From contig CAYHZA010000002.1 in the NCBI GenBank assembly GCA_964361095.1, forward strand, positions 49,594-113,593: a stretch of 64,000 bases of DNA, read 5' to 3'. Source of the stretch: an uncultured Candidatus Saccharibacteria bacterium (GTDB taxonomy: Bacteria; Patescibacteriota; Minisyncoccia; UBA6257; 2-01-FULL-56-20). The position numbers and the translations under genes are program-made. The notes below the pieces were generated by a model, which did not search any database, was not told the origin of the DNA, and saw nothing but the letters and a program-made list of their open reading frames with translations. Position 1 is the first letter of the stretch; each line of letters begins with the position of its first letter. Below are positions 1 through 9,689 of this stretch, one piece after another.

Positions 1-134
1 TGAGAAAAACAATAAATCAAGAAACTCGTTTTGATAGTACCAAAGAGCTAATCTCCAAAAGACTGAAGGAGTTTTTAAATTATACATCAATAAATAGTAT
101 ATGTCAAATAGCACTATAATCTATTATAAACCTT

Positions 135-178
135 AATGCGGCAAATAATCCGGCAAAATAATGCGGCAATTGCCGCAT
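135..178. repeat. Cluster of four AAT(G/C)CGGCAA motifs, including the perfect 18-bp palindrome ATGCGGCAATTGCCGCAT (161-178)
   Basis: Copies at 135-144, 147-156, 160-169 and inverted at 170-178. Confidence 0.9.
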
Positions 179-293
179 GTAGGTTTTATGCGACTACCCG
201 ATAAGCGCATGAAACCTACACTTTTTATTTTTGATAAACATTTTGGCAATTATTCATTATTTTCTAAAACCCGATAAGCGCATGAAACCTACA
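178..293. repeat. 25-bp direct repeat ACCCGATAAGCGCATGAAACCTACA (two copies) plus one inverted partial copy
   Basis: Identical copies at 196-220 and 269-293; TGTAGGTTTTATGCG (178-192) is the reverse complement of the last 15 nt with one mismatch. Confidence 0.9.
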
Positions 294-318
294 TTTCTTA
301 GTTTTTTTACTTTTAAAA

Positions 319-440
319 TGTTTCGCGCGAAACATTGTACATAAAGATTCGCGATAAACATGCATAAAGTCTACATTTTGTAAAAACAATGTTTCGCGCG
401 AAACAATTCAATTTCTAGTGTACATGTTTCGCGCGAAACA
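319..440. promoter_or_regulatory. Three identical 16-bp palindromes TGTTTCGCGCGAAACA, parS-like
   Basis: Copies at 319-334, 390-405 and 425-440; 14/16 match to the canonical parS TGTTTCACGTGAAACA. Confidence 0.7.
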
Positions 441-446
441 ATGCAG

Positions 447-890
447 TTATGCCCTCTGAAAATTATTTTCGTAGAAACCCGAATTATAAAGTCTATGGAT
501 GAGTTTATAGCTTTTTGGCACAAGTGGATCCGAACCAATCCTTTCCAGCCATATATCAAACTGGACCGCCTTATATCCATTTAGTTTTTTATAGAATAAA
601 GGAACTATAATGTTTTTTATCTGACCTATGTCCCTGACTATAAGAATTGCCATTCCACCTCTTTTATAACCATCTTTTCTGATTCTTGGGGGATACTCAT
701 ATACTTTATTTCTAAGCCGAAGAAAATCTCTAACTTTTATAAGCAAGTCTTTATCTCTTCGGTTTAAGCCAAGGATAAAAGTTGGGAGCATCCTTTTGTC
801 ACCCTTATAATTTGCTGAACAAAAAGTGAAGCACCCTTCTCCCTCAACTAATCCCCTGATGTACTCGTAGGTGATTTCTTTTGGCATCAT
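447..890 (-). CDS. Single-motif LAGLIDADG homing-endonuclease-like protein
   Basis: N-terminal YIRGLVEGEGCF motif, then F-x-L...D-x-x-LL-x-x-V-x-x-FL and IIVPLF segments typical of the family; 147 aa. Confidence 0.75.
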   Translation of the reverse strand: MMPKEITYEYIRGLVEGEGCFTFCSANYKGDKRMLPTFILGLNRRDKDLLIKVRDFLRLRNKVYEYPPRIRKDGYKRGGMAILIVRDIGQIKNIIVPLFYKKLNGYKAVQFDIWLERIGSDPLVPKSYKLIHRLYNSGFYENNFQRA

Positions 891-1342
891 TGTTTGTCAA
901 CAAACATTTATATGTGTTAGCGCATATACATTATATGCTAAAATTACAGCAAATGCTGGAAAGAAATGTTGGAAATATTGGAGAAAATATCGCCGAAAGA
1001 TTTTTAGCGGAAAAGAGATATAGGATAGTGGGGAAAAATTTTAGGCGCAAATTTGGGGAAATCGATATCATAGTTAAGGCGACGGACGGGATGCTTGTTT
1101 TCGTTGAAGTAAAGACCCTACGAAATTACGGCCCCGAAGGGTTAAAACCGGAAGACAATTTAAGTTCAGCGAAGCTAAAAAAATTCAAGCGGATCTGCGA
1201 GGGATATGTTGTGACTCACGGGGAGAACGTCAGGGAAGAAAAGGGGTGGAGAATGGATCTTGTTTGTGTTGAAATCCCTCGCGAAGAGAAATTGACATAT
1301 GAATTAAAAGATTGTATAATAAGACATTATGAAAATATTTAA
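881..1342 (+). CDS. yraN: YraN/UPF0102 family PD-(D/E)XK nuclease-like protein (true start probably 935-953)
   Basis: GNIGENIAERFL...NFRRKFGEIDII...LVFVEVKT...WRMDLV motifs. Confidence 0.9.
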   Translation: MASLFVNKHLYVLAHIHYMLKLQQMLERNVGNIGENIAERFLAEKRYRIVGKNFRRKFGEIDIIVKATDGMLVFVEVKTLRNYGPEGLKPEDNLSSAKLKKFKRICEGYVVTHGENVREEKGWRMDLVCVEIPREEKLTYELKDCIIRHYENI

Positions 1343-1353
1343 GCTTTTAGGAT

Positions 1354-1381
1354 TTGACACCGACTCAATTCGTTGTATGAT
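1354..1381 (+). promoter_or_regulatory. sigma70-type promoter for nusA
   Basis: TTGACA-16 nt-TATGAT. Confidence 0.55.
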
Positions 1382-1431
1382 AGTTTTGTAGATAGTCCGC
1401 ACCAGTGCGGATTTTTTAAAAACAAATAATA

Positions 1432-2634
1432 ATGAATATAAACCTTAAAGAACTTTCCCGAGCAATCAATCAGGTGGCGGAAGAAAAGGGATTGGATCCG
1501 GAGAAAGTGTTGGAAGCAATCGAATCATCGATTGCCGCGGCGTATAAAAGAGAATATGGGCAACGCGGTGAAATTGTGAAAGCAAAGCTTGATACAAAAA
1601 GCGGGGCTTTGAAATTCTGGCAAGTTAAAACTGTTGTTGATGAAACGACAGTTCGTTTTGTTGATGAATCCGCGGAGGACGTCGGCGCTCCTTTTGAAAA
1701 GTTTTCGGAAGAAACGGCATTACCTCGCTTTAATTCCGAGCGGCACATTACGCTTGATGAAGCGAAAAAAATTGATTCCAAAGCTATCATAAGTGACGAG
1801 CTGTCGTTTCCTCTGGAAACTCATGAGAGTTTCGGAAGAATTGCTGCGCAGGCGGCGAAACAGGTAATCATACAAAAACTTCGGGAATCCGAGCGAACTT
1901 CTATTCTTTCCGAATGGCGCGACAAAGAAGGACAGATAGCGAGTGGTATTGTACAGCGTTTCGAACGAGGGCATATTTACATTGACCTTGGACGTACGGT
2001 GGGAGTGATGTTCGAGAATGAATCCGTTCCCGGAGAACATTATCGTCCCGGTGAGCGTCTCCGCTTTTTGGTTTTGGCCGTTCAAGAAGACACGCGACTT
2101 CCCGGAATTATTCTCTCGCGTTCCCATCCTAAATTCGTAAGCAAGCTTTTTGAAATGGAAGTTCCGGAGCTCGCGGACGGGGCTTGTGAAGTTAAGGTAA
2201 TCGCTCGCGAGCCGGGGAGCAGGACGAAAATCGCGATTGCTTCGAATGTGGCGGGCGTTGATCCGGTTGGCGCGTGCGTAGGGCAACGAGGGACGAGAGT
2301 CATGGCGGTGAATAATGAATTGGGACAAGAAAAAATAGATATTATTGAATGGTCCGAAGATGCGGCGAAGTTTATCGGAAACTCGTTGTCTCCCGCGAAG
2401 ACTCAATCGGTTGAGGTTTTGCCCCGCCGCGAAGCTCGGGTATATGTGGCCGAAGATCAATTAAGTCTTGCGATCGGAAAAGGCGGGCAAAACGTGCGCT
2501 TAGCCGCGAAACTTACGGGATGGAAAATAGATGTTCGTTCTCAAACGAGACCAGAGGAGGTCCAAGAGGGAGGCGTCGCGGTTGCATCCGAAGGAGAAGA
2601 GCCGGGTCCGGAACCGGCTAACCCGATTGAATAA
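1432..2634 (+). CDS. nusA: Transcription termination/antitermination factor NusA
   Basis: FGRIAAQAAKQVIIQKLRE, S1 and KH domains, AREPGSRTKIA, LSLAIGKGGQNVRLAAKLTGWKIDV. Confidence 0.98.
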   Translation: MNINLKELSRAINQVAEEKGLDPEKVLEAIESSIAAAYKREYGQRGEIVKAKLDTKSGALKFWQVKTVVDETTVRFVDESAEDVGAPFEKFSEETALPRFNSERHITLDEAKKIDSKAIISDELSFPLETHESFGRIAAQAAKQVIIQKLRESERTSILSEWRDKEGQIASGIVQRFERGHIYIDLGRTVGVMFENESVPGEHYRPGERLRFLVLAVQEDTRLPGIILSRSHPKFVSKLFEMEVPELADGACEVKVIAREPGSRTKIAIASNVAGVDPVGACVGQRGTRVMAVNNELGQEKIDIIEWSEDAAKFIGNSLSPAKTQSVEVLPRREARVYVAEDQLSLAIGKGGQNVRLAAKLTGWKIDVRSQTRPEEVQEGGVAVASEGEEPGPEPANPIE

Positions 2635-2673
2635 ATAAAAAGTCGTTCTATCGTTTTTAAAAAATAAAGGCAC

Positions 2674-4734
2674 ATGACACCAATTACGTTCGCTTTGTTG
2701 AGCAGTATCGTCGGAATTGTGGTCGCGTTAGGGCTTGCGTGGCAAATTTCCCGCAAACCTGCCGGCGACCACAAGATGCAGGAGATCGCAAAGGCGATTC
2801 AGATCGGAGCGCAAGCGTATTTGAATCGTCAGTATAAAGCAGTAAGCGTTGTCGCTCTTGTCGTTGCCATTCTTCTCTCTGTATTCGTAAATTGGAAGAC
2901 CATGGTTGCGTTTATTATCGGCGCGATCGCCTCGAGTATCGCGGGTTATATTGGAATGAGTGTTTCTGTGCGCGCAAATGTGCGTACCGCCGAAGCCGCG
3001 AAATCAGGAATAAAAGAAGCTCTCGATGTCGCGTTTAAGGGAGGTTCCGTAACCGGTCTTTTGGTGGTAGGACTGGCACTTCTCTCGGTAGCCGGATTCT
3101 ACGCGGCAACAAAAGATGTAACCGCGCTTATAGGATTGGGATTCGGGGGCAGTTTGATATCGGTTTTCGCGCGTCTTGGCGGAGGAATTTTTACAAAAGG
3201 CGCTGATGTGGGGGCTGATCTTGTGGGTAAAGTTGAGGCAGGAATTCCGGAGGATGATCCACGAAACCCCGCGGTGATTGCGGACAACGTAGGCGACAAC
3301 GTAGGCGATTGCGCCGGAATGGCGGCAGATCTTTTTGAAACATATGCCGTGACGGCAATCGCGGCAATGATTTTGGGCAATCTCGTTTTTCCGGGCTCCG
3401 AAATCGCGATCCTTTTACCGCTTATGATAGGAAGCGTCGCCATCATTGCTTCTATTATAGGTATATTTTTTGTGCGCCTGCCTGCTGGCAGGCAGGACTC
3501 GGCAGGAGATTCCAACATCATGGGAGCGCTTTACAAGGGGCTTATCGCATCAAGTGTTATTTCACTCCTTGGTTTTTGGTGGTTAGCTCAAAAATATGCC
3601 GGACGTATTATTGAATCCTTGGGTGGAGATATATACGTAGGGATGATGCCCGAAAGTCTCAGCGCGGGTCAAATTTTTATGCCCCTCCTTACGGGAATTT
3701 TAGTTACGGGACTCGTAGTAGTTATTACGGAATACTACACCTCGAAAAAATTTCGCCCCGTAAAATCTATCGCTCAATCTTCGGAAACAGGACACGGAAC
3801 GAATATTATCACGGGACTTTCCGTGGGAATGGAGTCAACTACGTTGCCTGCTATCGTTATCGCGATAGGAATTCTTGCCGCGTACGCGACCTCCGATCTT
3901 TATGGCATCGCGCTCGCGACGATGAGCATGCTTTCAATGGCGGGGATTATCGTCGCGATCGATGCCTACGGTCCCATTACGGATAACGCGGGCGGCATTG
4001 CGGAGATGGCGGGTTTGCCCAAGGAAGTGCGCGACGTGACCGATCCGTTGGACGCTGTGGGGAATACGACAAAAGCGGTAACCAAGGGATATGCCATCGG
4101 TTCGGCGGGACTTGCGTCCGTAGTACTCTTCGCTTCTTATGTACAGGATCTTCAAAGAGGAAATGAAACTGATTTTGTAACCGCGTTTGATCTAAGCAAT
4201 CCAAAGGTTATCGTTGGGCTCCTCTTGGGCGGGATGATCCCCTATCTCTTTGCTTCTATTTCGATGCGCGCGGTAAGTAAAGCGGCGGGAAGTGTTGTGA
4301 AAGAAGTGCGCCGGCAGTTTGCGGAAATTCCGGGGATTATGGCGGGCACTGCGAAGCCTGATTATGCGAAGTGTGTTGATATCGTAACGAAGGCGGCGAT
4401 TAAGGAGATGATTATTCCTGCGCTTTTACCCGTCGTGGCTCCGATAGTCGTTGCCTTTGCGCTTGGTGCCCAAGCGCTCGGCGGACTTTTGGTCGGTTCT
4501 ATTGTGACGGGTATTTTCGTTGCGATCTCAATGACGAACGGCGGCGCGGCATGGGACAACGCGAAGAAATATATCGAAGAAGGACATTTTGGAGGAAAAG
4601 GAAGCGAAGCGCACAAAGCGGCGGTCACGGGTGATACCGTCGGTGATCCTTATAAAGATACCGCCGGCCCGGCAATCAATCCGATGATAAAAATTATTAA
4701 TATTATTGCCCTCTTGCTTGTGCCGTTTCTCTAA
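2674..4734 (+). CDS. hppA: Membrane-bound ion-translocating pyrophosphatase (probably K+-independent H+-PPase)
   Basis: [49 protein letters not shown] and [14 protein letters not shown] motifs; many TM helices. Confidence 0.97.
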   Translation: MTPITFALLSSIVGIVVALGLAWQISRKPAGDHKMQEIAKAIQIGAQAYLNRQYKAVSVVALVVAILLSVFVNWKTMVAFIIGAIASSIAGYIGMSVSVRANVRTAEAAKSGIKEALDVAFKGGSVTGLLVVGLALLSVAGFYAATKDVTALIGLGFGGSLISVFARLGGGIFTKGADVGADLVGKVEAGIPEDDPRNPAVIADNVGDNVGDCAGMAADLFETYAVTAIAAMILGNLVFPGSEIAILLPLMIGSVAIIASIIGIFFVRLPAGRQDSAGDSNIMGALYKGLIASSVISLLGFWWLAQKYAGRIIESLGGDIYVGMMPESLSAGQIFMPLLTGILVTGLVVVITEYYTSKKFRPVKSIAQSSETGHGTNIITGLSVGMESTTLPAIVIAIGILAAYATSDLYGIALATMSMLSMAGIIVAIDAYGPITDNAGGIAEMAGLPKEVRDVTDPLDAVGNTTKAVTKGYAIGSAGLASVVLFASYVQDLQRGNETDFVTAFDLSNPKVIVGLLLGGMIPYLFASISMRAVSKAAGSVVKEVRRQFAEIPGIMAGTAKPDYAKCVDIVTKAAIKEMIIPALLPVVAPIVVAFALGAQALGGLLVGSIVTGIFVAISMTNGGAAWDNAKKYIEEGHFGGKGSEAHKAAVTGDTVGDPYKDTAGPAINPMIKIINIIALLLVPFL

Positions 4735-4751
4735 TACATAATAAAGAAAAC

Positions 4752-5360
4752 ATGAGCCCATTTGAACGTATAGAAGGAAATAACTCGGAAGTAAATCCTA
4801 CAGAAGGAACGATAGAAAAGGAAGGTGCCAAAGAAATTCAAAGAGATGACCTTCTTCCCAAAACGCTTCACCTACTTCGCTCATATTTAGGATTAGAGAC
4901 CGAAGTGGAGGGATTTCCGAGAACACCCGAGGGGAAATTAGATTTTCAAAAGATAAACGAGAGAGAGCAAAGCAGAAAGAGTGAAGCCATTTTGAAATTG
5001 AAACCTCTTCTTGAAACATTCGGTGAGTCGTTGCCGGAAACACATGAGGGGATGCAAGCTCTCGAACAAAAGCTTAGTTTAGAAAATAATGCTCGATTGA
5101 GTAAAATAGCGGTCGAGGAAAAAGAACAACAACGCGTATTAATGCAAAGGTTAATTGAAGCCCGCAATAAAGATATTGCTACAGAAGACACAGAACAAAA
5201 AAAACGATTTGAAGAGTTACGCAAGCAGGGATTGATCAAAGATCCCCTACGGGGGGAAAACAAGGGAAACGTCATTTTTCCGCCGTTAGATGTAATCAAT
5301 GGAGGAAACCATGATCTTGGCGACGGTGATATAGATGGTGGTGATATCGGAGGACTTTAG
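4752..5360 (+). CDS. Hypothetical protein, charged/coiled-coil with acidic Gly-rich tail
   Basis: 202-aa ORF filling the gap between hppA and clpP; no recognisable motif. Confidence 0.6.
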   Translation: MSPFERIEGNNSEVNPTEGTIEKEGAKEIQRDDLLPKTLHLLRSYLGLETEVEGFPRTPEGKLDFQKINEREQSRKSEAILKLKPLLETFGESLPETHEGMQALEQKLSLENNARLSKIAVEEKEQQRVLMQRLIEARNKDIATEDTEQKKRFEELRKQGLIKDPLRGENKGNVIFPPLDVINGGNHDLGDGDIDGGDIGGL

Positions 5361-5372
5361 AAACTTAATACT

Positions 5373-5957
5373 ATGAACTTAATCCCCACAGTTATAGAAA
5401 AATCACAATACGGCGAGCGTGCGTACGACATCTACTCGCGGCTCCTCAAGGAACGCATTATCTTTTTAGGTGGGGCGATAAACGACGCGGTGGCAAACAA
5501 TGTAATCGCCCAGCTTCTTTTTTTGGAGCACGAAGATTCAAAAAAAGAAATAAAACTGTATCTGAATACTCCCGGAGGATCGGTAACGGCGGGGCTCGCT
5601 ATCTATGACACCATGCAGTACGTAAAGCCGGATGTTTCGACGATCTGCGTCGGTATGGCGGCTTCGATGGGAGCGGTATTGCTCGCGGCGGGCAAGAAGG
5701 GCAAGCGATTCGCACTCCCCAATTCGGAGATTTTGCTTCACCAAGTGATGGGCGGTGTTGAAGGACAGGCGATTGAAATTGAAATTACCGCGCGGCATAT
5801 CTTAAAGATCAAAGAAAAGATCAACCAGATCGTCGCGAAACACACGGGACAATCCGTCACGAAGATCGAAAAAGATACCGATCGCGATTTCTACATGACC
5901 CCGATTGAGGCGAAGGAGTACGGACTGGTGGACGAGATTATCAAGAACCACAAGTAA
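5373..5957 (+). CDS. clpP: ATP-dependent Clp protease proteolytic subunit
   Basis: [25 protein letters not shown] catalytic Ser, HQ, DRDFYM. Confidence 0.98.
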   Translation: MNLIPTVIEKSQYGERAYDIYSRLLKERIIFLGGAINDAVANNVIAQLLFLEHEDSKKEIKLYLNTPGGSVTAGLAIYDTMQYVKPDVSTICVGMAASMGAVLLAAGKKGKRFALPNSEILLHQVMGGVEGQAIEIEITARHILKIKEKINQIVAKHTGQSVTKIEKDTDRDFYMTPIEAKEYGLVDEIIKNHK

Positions 5958-6349
5958 GCTCAGGCAATCGCTTCTGGCGATACCGAGCGTTCTTTTTTGC
6001 TAAAAAGCCGCCCTGCGCTCTCGCGCCGACGCGCTCCCTGCCGGCCGTCAGGCGGGCGAGAGCTATCGCCAAAAGAATTGCCTTCGCCGTTGCGCTGATT
6101 AACTTGTTTAAAGAGCAAGCTTTTGTTATCTCTGATAGCTTCTCATAAAATGAAATTCTCCGCTTTGGGAAACCCCATCTGGGGGTTTCTTAAAAATCAA
6201 AAACTTCCGCCGCCGGAAATTTATAGTGAAAACTCCAATATATTGGTTTACAAAAGGAAAACTTTCGCGGTTGAAAAAACGACTCGTGTTGGAAATTTAA
6301 GGAAACTGCAGATTTGTATCACTTTTTCATTTTGTGATATATTTATCTC

Positions 6350-7288
6350 ATGAAAGAAGGAGGGATGGAAAATTTAGACGACCATATCACTAGGCGTATC
6401 GAAAGGGATAACGCCGAAACGGGGTCAAGAGAAAAAATTAAGAGTGATGAAGGGTACATAGATAAAGACGAAGCATTGGTGACTGCCCATGCGGAAAAGC
6501 CATTCCGCGATGCGGCGAGAAACGAGGAGTATGCGAAAGAAGCCCCAGCCGGAACGAAAGAGTTTCTTGATTGGGTTGCCTCGGAAGAGGGAGAAAAAGC
6601 GTTAGAGCTTTTTAGGACCCAATCGGGAGCCGAAAAAAGTAGAGCACGAGAAATTCTACTTAATAAAGCAGTTGACGGAATTTTCATTCCAAATCTTATA
6701 TGGTCTCTTGAACGAGAGAAGGAGCATTTGGATTTGGGTCCCAAGGAAGAAGAAGACAAGAAGCAAACTTTTTTGGGTTCTGTAGACGTGGGCAAAATCA
6801 TTGCCAAGCCGGAGATAGAAAAGATACTTGACGGGGAAGAAGCCGATAAGCCAAGCAAGGCGGCTTGCGCTGCGCGAATTTTTTCGAATGTTTTGAGGAA
6901 TGGTAAGTCCGTTAACCCCACAGAAATTTCCAATAATCTACTTATTGTCGGTGAAAAAAGATTAGAAAAGTATGAGAAAGAAGCTGATTTAGCAAGGCGC
7001 CTAGTGAGGGGACATTCGGTAGCTGACTGCCTTCGCGAGTTGGCGATGGGGACGTATGTCCGGACCGGATTTTTTCAAGACTCTGCGAAGGAAGCGGAAA
7101 TTAAGAAGGAAACTGTAAATTTAGTACGTAATTATCTGGGGCTTATTACCGACGTGCGAGAGGGGAAAATTGCCGGTGGCGTTTCGGAATCGTTTAAGAA
7201 AAAGCGGGCCTATGATCTTGACGTGGATTTGGAGCGGGCAGGGTTTGTCTTTGACGAAAAGAGCCGAAAATATATTGAAGTAAAATAA
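6350..7288 (+). CDS. Hypothetical acidic/charged protein
   Basis: 312-aa ORF with Glu/Lys-rich composition; no recognisable family. Confidence 0.65.
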   Translation: MKEGGMENLDDHITRRIERDNAETGSREKIKSDEGYIDKDEALVTAHAEKPFRDAARNEEYAKEAPAGTKEFLDWVASEEGEKALELFRTQSGAEKSRAREILLNKAVDGIFIPNLIWSLEREKEHLDLGPKEEEDKKQTFLGSVDVGKIIAKPEIEKILDGEEADKPSKAACAARIFSNVLRNGKSVNPTEISNNLLIVGEKRLEKYEKEADLARRLVRGHSVADCLRELAMGTYVRTGFFQDSAKEAEIKKETVNLVRNYLGLITDVREGKIAGGVSESFKKKRAYDLDVDLERAGFVFDEKSRKYIEVK

Positions 7289-7358
7289 GCCAGTTCGGGA
7301 GTTGCGGAGTAACGAAGCCGCTATTCCGAAGCGGCTTTTTCGTGATAGAATAGTTCTA

Positions 7359-8558
7359 ATGTCCACGAAAGAAGATCAGATAAAAAATCTATTGACTCGC
7401 AACGTCGAGCAGATAATCGAGCGGGATTATTTCGAAAAAGCGCTCACGAGCGGGAAAAAGTTGCGCGTGAAGCTCGGCATTGATCCGACCTCTCCCGATC
7501 TCCACTTGGGGCACGCGGTGATTCTTCGGAAGCTCAAGGAGTTTCAGGATTTGGGGCATAAAATTGTTTTGATTATCGGCGACTTTACTGGGCAGATCGG
7601 TGATCCATCCGGAAGGACTGAGGCACGTAAAGTGCTCACTGAAAAAGAAGTGAAAGTGAATATGAAAAAGTATCTTGTGCAAGCGGCGAAAGTACTTGAT
7701 ATAAAAAAAGTTGAAATCATTTATAACAGTGCGTGGTTTAAGAAAGAAGGTATCGCGAAAATAGTTGAACTTTCGCGCGCCGGAAGCATCCAGCAAATAC
7801 TTCGACGCGCGGAATTCAAGAAACGCTTAGAAGAAGGAAACGACATCACGCTTCTCGAAGCGCTTTACCCGTTGTTTCAAGGATACGATTCGGTAATGGT
7901 GAAGGCTGATGTGGAAATCGGCGGGACCGATCAGACGTTCAACCTCCTGATGGGGCGGAGGGTCCAGCGCCATTTTGGAATGAAGGAACAGGACATTATT
8001 ACAACACCTCTCCTCGAGGGACTCGACGGCATAAAAAAAATGAGTAAGAGTTTGGGGAATTATATCGGGCTTACCGACACGCCCGATGATATGTTCGGGA
8101 AAATAATGTCTTTGCCCGACAATATGATGCGCCGTTATTTTTTGTTATGCACCGATCGTATGGAAAGCGAAGTGCAGAAGCTTGAAAAAGAACTTTCCCC
8201 GCGGGACCTAAAGGCGCGGCTCGCGTTTGAGATCGTAAAAATTTATCACGGAGAGAAAAAAGCGAAGGCCGCGGAGGAGAAATTTACGAAGATTTTTACG
8301 AAGAAAGATTTAAGCGCCGCCGAACTGCCGGAGTTCAAGGTCAAAACAAGAAAGCTTTCTGTGCTAGATTTGATTTTGTCTTCTCGGGTAGTCAATCACT
8401 CGTCTCTTAAAAGCAAAAGCGAAGCCCAACGGCTTATAAGCCAAGGTGCAATTCAAATAAACGGAGAAACCAAAAAAGATATGCGAGAAATAGTTGAATT
8501 AAAAGACGACGATATTTTAAAGATCGGAAAGAAGAATTTTTTCAGGATTAAAATATAG
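7359..8558 (+). CDS. tyrS: Tyrosine--tRNA ligase
   Basis: GIDPTSPDLHLGH (HIGH), GGTDQTFN, KMSKS and C-terminal S4 domain; start set at MSTKED. Confidence 0.98.
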   Translation: MSTKEDQIKNLLTRNVEQIIERDYFEKALTSGKKLRVKLGIDPTSPDLHLGHAVILRKLKEFQDLGHKIVLIIGDFTGQIGDPSGRTEARKVLTEKEVKVNMKKYLVQAAKVLDIKKVEIIYNSAWFKKEGIAKIVELSRAGSIQQILRRAEFKKRLEEGNDITLLEALYPLFQGYDSVMVKADVEIGGTDQTFNLLMGRRVQRHFGMKEQDIITTPLLEGLDGIKKMSKSLGNYIGLTDTPDDMFGKIMSLPDNMMRRYFLLCTDRMESEVQKLEKELSPRDLKARLAFEIVKIYHGEKKAKAAEEKFTKIFTKKDLSAAELPEFKVKTRKLSVLDLILSSRVVNHSSLKSKSEAQRLISQGAIQINGETKKDMREIVELKDDDILKIGKKNFFRIKI

Positions 8559-8679
8559 GTAGCTCCTCGTTGTTCAACTCCGCCATTCGCCGACTGGCGG
8601 AGCGTTCACCCGAGACATTCTGGATTAATTTGCTTCATACCGCATTGCAGCGGTTGTTCGAGTCCTATATTTTTTTAGC

Positions 8680-9297
8680 TTAAACTGGATATTTCTTCCA
8701 ATATTTGTAGAGGATAGGGCTTTCTTTTTTTATTTTGATCGAAACGTCTGGTGATTTTAAATCCCTAAATCTTCCGAAGTAAAATTTCCAGATTTTATTT
8801 TTGGCAGGACGTGAAAGCAAAAATTTTACATGTTGCCAATGAAATTTTTGGAGAAAGACCAATATTGTTAGTGATTTTTTATCTTTATGGTTTTTAAGTA
8901 TTTTTTTAATATTTTCTGCCATAAATCTCTCGCGAAGATATATTCTTATCCACCAAAATAGATTAGTTGTTTTGTTGGGGTTTTTATTGTTGCATTGATA
9001 TACGTTAGCTTCATTTACTAAATCATAAGGGCCGTCAACGGCATAAAGGATAGTATGGTGATTCTCTCGTCTAATCTTCACGATGTTTGTCCACATATAT
9101 TTATCTGATCTTACCCACGGATTTTTCAAAAGTATCTCTTTAGTAATCTTCGGAGATTTTGTCCTTTGTTCATAAGAACCAGAAGTAGTTAGATATTCCA
9201 AAAGTATGATATCCGGCTTGTATTTTAAAACAGCTTTGGCTTGCCGTTTATCAATATATTTATCCTCTCTACAATTTACCTGGATTAAATTAATCAT
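8680..9297 (-). CDS. Hypothetical basic protein, AT-rich gene
   Basis: 205-aa ORF; KPDIILLE and RERFMAENI segments faintly resemble TraB/GumN-like folds; low GC. Confidence 0.55.
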   Translation of the reverse strand: MINLIQVNCREDKYIDKRQAKAVLKYKPDIILLEYLTTSGSYEQRTKSPKITKEILLKNPWVRSDKYMWTNIVKIRRENHHTILYAVDGPYDLVNEANVYQCNNKNPNKTTNLFWWIRIYLRERFMAENIKKILKNHKDKKSLTILVFLQKFHWQHVKFLLSRPAKNKIWKFYFGRFRDLKSPDVSIKIKKESPILYKYWKKYPV

Positions 9298-9349
9298 AAT
9301 TTGGCACTTGAAAATCTGCGCCTCGGATACTCGGCGCGATTTTCTAAGT

Positions 9350-9368
9350 GAGCGGGTAAGGGGAATCG
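9350..9368 (-). repeat. Duplicate of the tRNA-Gly 3' end (19 bp)
   Basis: GAGCGGGTAAGGGGAATCG is identical to 9496-9514. Confidence 0.85.
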
Positions 9369-9493
9369 CCTCTCGTCTTTACTAAGACTTGAAACCTTCA
9401 CTCGCTCTTCGCGAGCTGCGGCCCGCGGTTCGATTTCCCCACTATTCTAATAAGACTCAAAAAGCGTATCTTACGATATGCCCTTGAGTCTTA

Positions 9494-9567
9494 TGGAGCG
9501 GGTAAGGGGAATCGAACCCCTGTCATCAGCTTGGAAAGCTGAGGTAATGCCATTATACGATACCCGC
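9494..9567 (-). tRNA. tRNA-Gly(TCC)
   Basis: GCGGGTA...TCAGC-TTTCCAA-GCTGA...GGTTCGATTCC...TACCCGC-T-CCA cloverleaf. Confidence 0.97.
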
Positions 9568-9689
9568 CTTTGCTCGCCGTAGCGAGCTCCGGCGAGCAAG
9601 CCTGCTGAGATCGCAAGGTGAGAACCTTGTAAATACTGTTTTAATCTACCATTGCCGCTTGCTAATTTCAATGAAATCGGGTAGAAATA

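Noticed and set aside
196-293. Possible mini-CRISPR array (25-bp repeats, 48-nt spacer)
   Set aside because: Only two copies, embedded among other repeat families, and no cas genes in the window.
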